Assembly (NCBI GenBank): GCA_016926755.1 | Contig: JAFGNZ010000231.1 | Span: forward strand, 1,008 to 65,007 | Direction: 5' to 3' | Length of the DNA: 64,000 nucleotides | Origin: Myxococcaceae bacterium | Lineage (GTDB): Bacteria; Myxococcota; Myxococcia; Myxococcales; Myxococcaceae | Shown: piece after piece, positions 28,436 to 35,614 of the stretch | Position numbering within the stretch: position 1 is the stretch's first letter | How the letters are laid out: every line of letters starts with the position of its first letter | The notes under the pieces: model-generated | What the model saw: only the letters and a program-made list of their open reading frames with translations | Database searches by the model: none | Told to the model about the DNA's origin: nothing | Program-made: the position numbers and the translations under genes

Positions 28436-28684
28436 CTAACGTGAGCGCCTGACTCGTACCACGTCGCCTCGAGTGTCATCGATCGCCAGCTCTACCCACC
28501 GGCCACGCTCGACCGCAAAACGGACGAGCCAGACCCGCACGTCCCGCACCGGAGAGGGCTTCTCCGGGCCACCTTCGCTCAACTCGATGTACTGCTGCTC
28601 GGCGGTGGCGAGCCTGGCCTCGCGAGGGACCTCCTTCTCCTCGCGGACGGCCTCCGCGATCGCCTGAGCCTGTTCCCGGGTCAT
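28436..28684 (-). CDS. small PepSY-like protein
   Basis: 82 aa. MTREQAQAIAEAV...VRVWLVRFAVERGRWVELAIDDTRGDVVRVRRS. Its start overlaps the upstream stop by 4 nt (28681-28684). Confidence 0.5.
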   Translation of the reverse strand: MTREQAQAIAEAVREEKEVPREARLATAEQQYIELSEGGPEKPSPVRDVRVWLVRFAVERGRWVELAIDDTRGDVVRVRRSR

Positions 28685-29163
28685 GGAGCGGGCGCCTCCG
28701 CGGGCAGCAAGGAGATGACGGCACGCCGGGCGGGGTTGATGCGCACCAGGAGCCCCAGGGAGGGCTCCTCTCCGGGCGGCTCCAGGCGCAGCTCAAGGCA
28801 CCCCTTCTCCCCCTGTCTGGACTCGACCAGCTTCAGCCCCGGACGCAACAGAGCGCTGGCGCGCGCGATGGCGAGAGCCTCCGCATCCGTCAGCGGCTCC
28901 CAGCGGCACCGCTCCCATTTGTCGTGGTCCACATACCCCACGACGCGATTGTCGGCATCGAGCACCACCTCGAACTGCCCGTAGCGCCTCCAGAGCACCA
29001 TGGATCGGTCGACTGCGTACCGCAGCTCGACGGGATCCCAGACCAACGCCTGCTCGGGCGGTAATTCGATGGGCTCGGCCAGGTAGTCACCACTCAGGTG
29101 TTGCTGCGCGAACGCCAGACAGTCGGCGATCGCCTTCTTCTGGAGCGTCTTCAGGTCGAACAT
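28681..29163 (-). CDS. hypothetical protein with PepSY-like C-terminal module
   Basis: 160 aa. LTDAEALAIARASALLRPGLKLVESRQGEKGCLELRLEPPGEEPSLGLLVRINPARRAVISL. Co-directional and tightly packed with its neighbours. Confidence 0.5.
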   Translation of the reverse strand: MFDLKTLQKKAIADCLAFAQQHLSGDYLAEPIELPPEQALVWDPVELRYAVDRSMVLWRRYGQFEVVLDADNRVVGYVDHDKWERCRWEPLTDAEALAIARASALLRPGLKLVESRQGEKGCLELRLEPPGEEPSLGLLVRINPARRAVISLLPAEAPAP

Positions 29164-29206
29164 ACCAGGCTCTTCCCCAGGGCTCTCGCGCGGTCCCAGC
29201 TCCGCC

Positions 29207-29743
29207 CTACTGCTCGTCCAACTCCGTGTCGCGTTCGATCTGCGTCTTCAGGGTGGCAATGAGCTCCTGATGAGCGCGAACGGCCGCCTCCTCTTCGCCC
29301 TCGGAGGCCTCTATCACTCCGAAGAGGATGTACTGGCTCGGTGTGGGGCCGCGGCCGTCGATCGCGACGATGTACCGGCGGCCCGTCTGCGCGAAGTCAG
29401 GGCCTCCCCATGCTTGGATGGTGATGGGGCTCTTCAGCTCCGCTCCATGGAGCACGCGCTCGACCTCTACCTCCAGGAGGACCTTGGCCCCCCGTGATCC
29501 CTGTTGCAGAGCCTGAACCTTGCGTACCTTGACGAGCGCGACGCGCCCCCACTCCTGCTCGATGCACTCCCGAAGCGGCTGTGCATCCATCATCCTGGGC
29601 ATTCGTTCCACTCGGTGCTCCCGCGGTGCCGCCGTGCCCGACCGGACTGGAGGGGCTGCGTCTGAAAGTCCTGGCCTCGCCGAGCATGCCAGCAAGAGCA
29701 GCAGAGCAGTCGCTGGCCACCCTTGTCCGCTCCTCAGCTGCAT
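29207..29743 (-). CDS. lipoprotein directly downstream of the extended vgrG (immunity candidate)
   Basis: Track ORF trimmed to the ATG at 29743 (MQLRSGQGWPATALLLLLACSARPG), giving a signal peptide with an LLAC lipobox. It begins 32 nt after the vgrG stop. It is a paralogue of 27450..27821. Confidence 0.6.
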   Translation of the reverse strand: MQLRSGQGWPATALLLLLACSARPGLSDAAPPVRSGTAAPREHRVERMPRMMDAQPLRECIEQEWGRVALVKVRKVQALQQGSRGAKVLLEVEVERVLHGAELKSPITIQAWGGPDFAQTGRRYIVAIDGRGPTPSQYILFGVIEASEGEEEAAVRAHQELIATLKTQIERDTELDEQ

Positions 29744-29774
29744 GAAAGCACCTCGCCTCTCGAAAAACACGGTC

Positions 29775-32700
29775 TTACTTCAGCAACGAGACGACGCTGG
29801 TCACGACCCCGGCGATGGCCCGGCCCAGCGCGGTGAAGGGCTGGAGCAGCGGATGGTCGATGGCGCCCCCTCCCTGACCGAACAGGACAGGGCGCATGCT
29901 GCCGTAGTAGGGGGCGCCCACGTCATAGAAGACAGCGGGGATCTTCGCGGGATTGAGCTGATAGGAATTGCCCCACTTCTGGTAGAAGTTCCGGGCCATC
30001 TCACGCGCGTCGCCATCCGGGATGTAGCAGCGGAAGGCCAGGTAGTTTCGAGTCCCCCGAGAGGTGAAGGCATCCGCCAGACTCCGCTCCCACCCAGCGA
30101 CACACGTGTCCATGTAGACGAGGTACCGCGGCACGCTGGGGACCGCCGCATCCCGGACCTCTCTGTCTCCGAACACCGTCTCCCCCAGGACCACCACGCT
30201 CCGCCAGTTCCCTGGCAGCGCTCTCGGTGGATTCCTGTCGGGGTCATCGTTCAGCTGGAGGGTGTCGTCGTTGCGGTCCACGACGTCCCCATGGCTGGCG
30301 TGATGATACGCGTACGTATTCCGGAGAACGGACCCCCACTTGCGTACGGAGAGCACCCGCGTGGTGCATGAGTACTGGCCCACCTTGTGGTGGCTGTGAG
30401 CGCTCAGCAGGCCGGCGATCTCCGCCATCTCCGCGCGAGTCGTCAGCGCCCGACGCGGATCCGGAGGCGTGTCCGCGATGGTGTCGCTGACGCACATGTG
30501 CCAGTACTCGACCTGGAGCGTCTTCGCCTTGTCCTTCCCCAGATCCGAGGGGCTCTCCGCCGTCAGCCCCTTGTGCGACAGCTTCACCTGGAGGGAGTAG
30601 AACGGCTGGTCCCAGGGATCCCACGGCAGGTGCTTGGCCTCGAAGGTGAACTCCGGCGCCTTGCCGGTGGCCTTGGCCACCACCTTGCCGCCCTTCACCT
30701 CCAGATCCTTGATGGTGCCTTCCTTGATCCGCGCCCCGGTGGCGCAGTGAAGGATGGCGATCAGCGCCTTGGTGCCGTCCGGGACGTTCTCGGTCTTCAC
30801 CTCGATGGTCACCTTGGCCTCCGCGGGGATGGCGCCCCCCGGAGGAGCACCGCTGTTGTGGTTGGGCACGACCTTGCCCTTGCTCCACTTCAGCTCCTTG
30901 ATGGAGGGGACGGGCTCCTGCTTCTCCTTCTTCGGATCCTTGGGCTTCTTGCCCTTCAGGCTCTTCTGCGAGCCGGCCGCCACCAGCTTGACCTTGGAGC
31001 CCTTGAACTTCGTGTCGCTCCCGTCGACGGTGATGCTCTTGCCGGTCCACTTGACGTTGCCGGACTGCTCCACCGTCAGCACCACCTTGCCGCCGACCGA
31101 GATCGTCAGCTTGTCCGCCTTCAGCTCGAACTCCTTCGCGCTCCAGCTCGTGGCGGCCTTGATCGCTACCGCTGCGTCCCCTTTGACTTCGTCCGTGAAG
31201 TCCTTGGCGACCTCGACCGCCAGCGTCTCCTGGATCGTCGCCTTGGACTCGCCGAAGACCTTCGAGACGAGCTTGCCCTCGACGTTCTCCTGTCGATCCT
31301 CCGCGATGAGCTCCGTGGAGGAGCCGGCGATGATCTCGTTGCGGACGCCGATCGTGGACTCGTTCATCCCCATCCCGACCGTCACCGCGTAGGCGCCCCC
31401 CACCGTCAGCGCCTTCGCCGCGCCGATGGTCTCCAGGGCGGCCATGGCCACGCTCACCGTGGAGGCCATCCCCACCGTAACGCTCTGGCTGCCGGTGATG
31501 CGCTCCCGCTGATCGAGCCCGACGTCCACCTCGCGGTTGCCCGTCACATCCAGCGTCTGGCTGCCCTGGATGGCGCGGGTGTCGTCCAGCTGCACGGTCA
31601 GCAGCTGGTTCTGATCCACGCTCTGGGTGCGGTTGCCGCCCACCGACAACGTCTCGTTCGCGCCGACGGACTGGGTCTTGTCGTTCTCCACCTCGATCTG
31701 CCAGTCCTTCTGGCCATGGAGGTGGATCAGCTCGGAGCCGGTCGCGTCCTCGTACTGCAGCTCGTTGTAGCCGTCGCCGCCCAGGCTGGAGTTGGAGCGC
31801 AGCGTGCTCTTCGTCTTCTCGTCCGGCAGCGGCAGCGGCGTGGGGTTCTCGCCGTTGTAGACCGAGCCCACCACCAGCGGCCGATCCGGATCTCCCTCCA
31901 GGAAGCGGACCACCACCTCCTGGCCGATGCGCGGCAGGAACAGGGCACCCCACCCCGCGCCGGCCCAGGCCTGGCTGACGCGGATCCAGCACGAGCTCTT
32001 GTCGTCCCCCGGCGCCTCGCGATCCCAGTGGAACCGGACCTTGATGCGGCCGTGCTCGTCCGTGTGGATCTCCTCGCCCGAGGGCCCCACCACGATCGCC
32101 GTCTGTGCCCCCGCGATCGTCGGCGCGGCCGTGAGCCGAGGTGGGCGGAACGGCACCGCCGCGGGGATGGCGTGGAAGCGGCTCTGGTAGGCCTCGTGCC
32201 CACCGAAGTGCTCCACCGACACCAGCAGGTAGTCCCCCTCGAAGGTGGCGTCCGGGTGCTCCGTCAACGTGAAGTGGAAGCCGGGCGCCAGGCGCACGCT
32301 CGAGCACTCGCCCTCACAGCGCTCGGTGTCGTGGCGCAGCTCCTCCAGGCGCACCTTCGCCGTGTCCTTCCCCACGCCGGGCTCTACGTACTTGCCCGGG
32401 GCGTCGTAGACCTCCAGCACCGTATCCGCGTTGGCCGCCTCCCGCGTCGCCGTCAGATCGAGCGCCGGGCGGACGAAGTCGAAGTCCCGCAGCGCCACGG
32501 CCCCGGGCCGGATCCGGGACGCGCGCTCCAGGGCGAGCACGTGCTCCTCACCGGGCTCGGCGCCGGTCGGCCCCCGGAAGGGCAGGCGCGACTCGCCCGG
32601 GAGGGGGCTGTGCGCGTCAGGCCCGTCTCCCAGCATGAGGACGTGGGAGTCCTCGGTGTGCTCGAAGAAGTAGAAGATGCCCTCGGACTCCAGCAGGCGC

Positions 32701-33188
32701 GAGACGAAGTCGAAGTCCGACTCGCGGTACTGCACGCAGAACTCCCGGGGCGCGTAGCTGCCCTGGAGGCTGCCGCCGTGGGCGATCCCCGCCTCGTCCA
32801 GCACGGCCTGGACGATCTCCGGGACGGTCTTCTCCTGGAAGATCCGGCTGCGGCGGGTGTGGCGGAGCTTCCAGAACTCGGGCACCAGCAGCGCCCGGTA
32901 GCGCATGCGCCCCTGCCGCTCGCCCAGCGCCTCCACTCGGCCGATCAGGCCGTGGACGAAGCGGGAGGCGCCGTTCACCGCGTCGTGCAGGGAGAGCAGG
33001 CCCTTCTGCCCCAGCATCTCCCGCGGCTGCGGGGCCGTGTCCTGCGCGGCCGCCAGCTCCACCGTGAAGGCGAAGGCGCGCGACAGCTCCTCTCGTCCCG
33101 AGAACGCTGTGACGGCGAGCTCCTGCGAGGTGTATGGCCCCGCCTTGAACTCAAAGGAGATGCGGCGGGTCTCCTGTCCTGAGGCCAC
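29775..33188 (-). CDS. vgrG: VgrG (TssI) spike protein with ~395-aa C-terminal extension (evolved VgrG)
   Basis: This is the real part of the 2009-aa track ORF. A GTG at 33188 gives (M)ASGQETRRISFEFKAGPYTSQELAVTAFSGREELS..., a canonical VgrG N-terminus. gp27/gp5 blocks are present (VQYRESDFDFVSRLLE, HTDEHGRIKVRFHWDREAPGDDKSSCWIRVSQAWAG, PRIGQEVVVRFLEGDPDRPLVVGSVYNG), followed by the beta-helix and then an unrelated extension. Everything upstream of 33188 in that ORF is antisense to the other vgrG. Confidence 0.85.
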   Translation of the reverse strand: MASGQETRRISFEFKAGPYTSQELAVTAFSGREELSRAFAFTVELAAAQDTAPQPREMLGQKGLLSLHDAVNGASRFVHGLIGRVEALGERQGRMRYRALLVPEFWKLRHTRRSRIFQEKTVPEIVQAVLDEAGIAHGGSLQGSYAPREFCVQYRESDFDFVSRLLESEGIFYFFEHTEDSHVLMLGDGPDAHSPLPGESRLPFRGPTGAEPGEEHVLALERASRIRPGAVALRDFDFVRPALDLTATREAANADTVLEVYDAPGKYVEPGVGKDTAKVRLEELRHDTERCEGECSSVRLAPGFHFTLTEHPDATFEGDYLLVSVEHFGGHEAYQSRFHAIPAAVPFRPPRLTAAPTIAGAQTAIVVGPSGEEIHTDEHGRIKVRFHWDREAPGDDKSSCWIRVSQAWAGAGWGALFLPRIGQEVVVRFLEGDPDRPLVVGSVYNGENPTPLPLPDEKTKSTLRSNSSLGGDGYNELQYEDATGSELIHLHGQKDWQIEVENDKTQSVGANETLSVGGNRTQSVDQNQLLTVQLDDTRAIQGSQTLDVTGNREVDVGLDQRERITGSQSVTVGMASTVSVAMAALETIGAAKALTVGGAYAVTVGMGMNESTIGVRNEIIAGSSTELIAEDRQENVEGKLVSKVFGESKATIQETLAVEVAKDFTDEVKGDAAVAIKAATSWSAKEFELKADKLTISVGGKVVLTVEQSGNVKWTGKSITVDGSDTKFKGSKVKLVAAGSQKSLKGKKPKDPKKEKQEPVPSIKELKWSKGKVVPNHNSGAPPGGAIPAEAKVTIEVKTENVPDGTKALIAILHCATGARIKEGTIKDLEVKGGKVVAKATGKAPEFTFEAKHLPWDPWDQPFYSLQVKLSHKGLTAESPSDLGKDKAKTLQVEYWHMCVSDTIADTPPDPRRALTTRAEMAEIAGLLSAHSHHKVGQYSCTTRVLSVRKWGSVLRNTYAYHHASHGDVVDRNDDTLQLNDDPDRNPPRALPGNWRSVVVLGETVFGDREVRDAAVPSVPRYLVYMDTCVAGWERSLADAFTSRGTRNYLAFRCYIPDGDAREMARNFYQKWGNSYQLNPAKIPAVFYDVGAPYYGSMRPVLFGQGGGAIDHPLLQPFTALGRAIAGVVTSVVSLLK
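31986..32034. repeat. 49-nt run identical, in inverted orientation, to 34520..34568 (longest identical block within the vgrG/vgrG inverted homology)
   Basis: Hand alignment. The reverse complement of 31986..32034 is gttccactgggatcgcgaggcgccgggggacgacaagagctcgtgctgg, which equals 34520..34568. Further identical runs: 35 nt (32701..32735 vs 33771..33805) and 37 nt within 32041-32110 vs 34441-34510. Confidence 0.85.
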
Positions 33189-33308
33189 ATCATCCCCCTG
33201 GGCTAGAGCGACGTCGCCGGGGAAGGTAGCATGATCGCCCGTCTCTGGTGGACTTGCTGTAACCGGGGTGCCTATCGTGACGGCCCAGCTGAGAGGGGGA
33301 ACTACCTG

Positions 33309-35579
33309 GTGAGACCCGCTAGCGTCCTGACCGCCAGTCAGCCCGAGTTCGAGTTCGAAGCGGGCCCGTTCACCCAGGGAGAGCTCGCCGTCGTGGAGTT
33401 CGAGGCCCGGGAGAGCCTCTCCGGTCCCTACCGGATCGACGTCGTCTTCACCGCCTCCCCCGACATCGTCGTGGAGGCCGCCGACCTGCTCGGCCAGCCG
33501 GCCGCGCTGGTGGTGAACCAGGGCACGGAGGGCATCCGCTTCCTGCACGGCATCCTCTCCGAGCTGAGCCGGTGGAACGCGGGCGGAGGCCCCCAGCGCA
33601 ACCGCTACCGGGCCGTCCTCGAGCCGCGCTTCCACCAGCTGCGGCACACCCGCCGCAGCCGCATCTTCCAGCAGAAGAGCATCCCCGAGATCGTCCAGGC
33701 CGTGCTGGACGAGGGCCAGGTGACGTACGCCCTGGAGCTCCAGGCCTCCTACCCGCCCCGGGACTACTGTGTGCAGTACCGCGAGTCGGACTTCGACTTC
33801 GTCTCCCGGCTCCTGGAGGAGGTGGGCATCTTCTACTTCTTCCGCCATGAGCAGGGTGGGCACGAGCTGGTCCTCGCGGACTCTCCGAGCGTGCACGTCC
33901 CCATCCTCGGCGAGCCGCTCCTGCCGTTCCGGGATCCGGCCGGCATGGCGGCGGACGAGGAGTGCGTCTACGAGCTGAGCGGGAGGATGGAAGTGGTCCC
34001 CGGCGCGGTGGCGCTGCGGGACTTCGACTTCGTGCGGCCCTCGCTGGACATGACGGTGGACAGCAAGGCGTCCGAGGGTGATCCGGCGCTGGAGATCTAC
34101 GACTACCCGGGCAAGTACGAGGATCCCGATCCGGGCAAGGACGTGGCGAAGATCCGCCTGGAGGAGCTGCGCGCCCCGGAGCACGTGGCGTGGGGCCAGT
34201 GCCAGAGCCGGCGGCTGTGCCCGGGGTACAAGTTCGAGCTGACGGGCCACGCCGAGCCCGAGCTCAACCGGGAGTACCTGCTGCTGTCGGTGACGCACGA
34301 GGGGTACCAGCCGGAGGTCCTGCTCTTCGAGCAGCAGAGCGGGGGCCTGTCCGGGCGCAAGCCCTTCCGCAGCATCTTCCACTGCATGCCCTCGGAGGTG
34401 CCCTACCGCCCGGCGCGCAGGACACCCCGCCCCGTCATCCCCGGGCCCCAGACGGCGATCGTGGTGGGCCCCTCGGGCGAGGAGATCCACACGGACGAGC
34501 ACGGCCGGGTGAAGGTCCAGTTCCACTGGGATCGCGAGGCGCCGGGGGACGACAAGAGCTCGTGCTGGGTCCGCGTCAGCCAGGCCTGGGCCGGCCCAGG
34601 CTGGGGCGCGCTGTACCTGCCGCGCATCGGCCAGGAAGTGGTGGTGGACTTCCTGGAGGGAGATCCGGACCGGCCGCTCGTCACCGGGCGCGTCTACAAC
34701 GGGCACAACCCTCCCCCGGCGGAGCTGCCGGGCGCGCGGACCCAGAGCACGCTGCGCTCGGAGTCCAGCCCTGGAGGCGGCGGCTTCAACGAGCTGCGCT
34801 TCGAGGACGCCGCCGGCTCCGAGCAGATCTACCTCCATGCCCAGAAGGACATGGACATCGTCATCGAGAACGACAAGACGCAGTCCGTCGGCGGGAACGA
34901 GTCGCTCACGGTGGCCAAGGATCGGCGGCGGGACATCGGCGGCAACCAGTCGCTGACCGTCACGGGCAATGACGAGACGACGGTCCGCGGCAACCAGAAG
35001 CTGGACGTGGTGGCCAACCGGACGACGACGGTGAAGGGCAACCACACCGAGTCCGTCGGCGGCAACCAGGCCACCGAGGTGGGTGGCACGCACGCCCTCA
35101 ACGTGGCGCTGGCTTCCTCGGAGATGATCGGCCTGGGCAAGGCGCTCACCGTGGGCGGTGCCTACGCCATCACCGTGGGGGCCGCCATGAACGTGGCGGT
35201 GGGCGGGCTCAAGGCCGAGGAGGTGGGCGGCGCGAAGGTGGAGACGATCGGCGCGCAGAAGACCGAGAAGATCGCGGGCTCGCGCACGCTCACCGTCGGC
35301 AAGGAGATGTCGGAGGTGGTGGGCGAGGCGCGAACCATCGAGGTGGGCAAGGACCTGACCCTGAACGTCGGCGGGGCGCTGAACCAGGTGACGAAGAAGA
35401 CCCACAAGCTCTCCGCCAAGGAGATCGCGCTCGTGGCGGAGGACAACTTCACCATCACGGTGGGCTCGGCCTCGCTCACCTTCAAGAAGAGCGGGGACAT
35501 CGTCATCAAGGGCGCCAAGATCGAGGTGACCGCCAGCGGCGACGTCATCATCAAGGGCGGGAAGATCGGCGACAACTGA
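33309..35579 (+). CDS. vgrG: VgrG (TssI) spike protein, canonical length, on the opposite strand from the rest of the locus
   Basis: The track ORF starts at 33231. I prefer the GTG at 33309, which sits 8 nt after GAGAGGGGGA and gives (M)RPASVLTASQPEFEFEAGPFTQGELAVVEFEARESLS. The full gp27/gp5 core and beta-helix are present, ending ...IKGAKIEVTASGDVIIKGGKIGDN. Confidence 0.9.
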   Translation: MRPASVLTASQPEFEFEAGPFTQGELAVVEFEARESLSGPYRIDVVFTASPDIVVEAADLLGQPAALVVNQGTEGIRFLHGILSELSRWNAGGGPQRNRYRAVLEPRFHQLRHTRRSRIFQQKSIPEIVQAVLDEGQVTYALELQASYPPRDYCVQYRESDFDFVSRLLEEVGIFYFFRHEQGGHELVLADSPSVHVPILGEPLLPFRDPAGMAADEECVYELSGRMEVVPGAVALRDFDFVRPSLDMTVDSKASEGDPALEIYDYPGKYEDPDPGKDVAKIRLEELRAPEHVAWGQCQSRRLCPGYKFELTGHAEPELNREYLLLSVTHEGYQPEVLLFEQQSGGLSGRKPFRSIFHCMPSEVPYRPARRTPRPVIPGPQTAIVVGPSGEEIHTDEHGRVKVQFHWDREAPGDDKSSCWVRVSQAWAGPGWGALYLPRIGQEVVVDFLEGDPDRPLVTGRVYNGHNPPPAELPGARTQSTLRSESSPGGGGFNELRFEDAAGSEQIYLHAQKDMDIVIENDKTQSVGGNESLTVAKDRRRDIGGNQSLTVTGNDETTVRGNQKLDVVANRTTTVKGNHTESVGGNQATEVGGTHALNVALASSEMIGLGKALTVGGAYAITVGAAMNVAVGGLKAEEVGGAKVETIGAQKTEKIAGSRTLTVGKEMSEVVGEARTIEVGKDLTLNVGGALNQVTKKTHKLSAKEIALVAEDNFTITVGSASLTFKKSGDIVIKGAKIEVTASGDVIIKGGKIGDN
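34520..34568. repeat. partner of the inverted 49-nt identical run at 31986..32034
   Basis: See the partner entry. Both copies lie in the HWDREAPGDDKSSCW coding block of the two divergent vgrG genes. Confidence 0.85.
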
Positions 35580-35614
35580 GGCGGCCTGTCCGGCGCTCCA
35601 GGCGCGGGCTCCGC

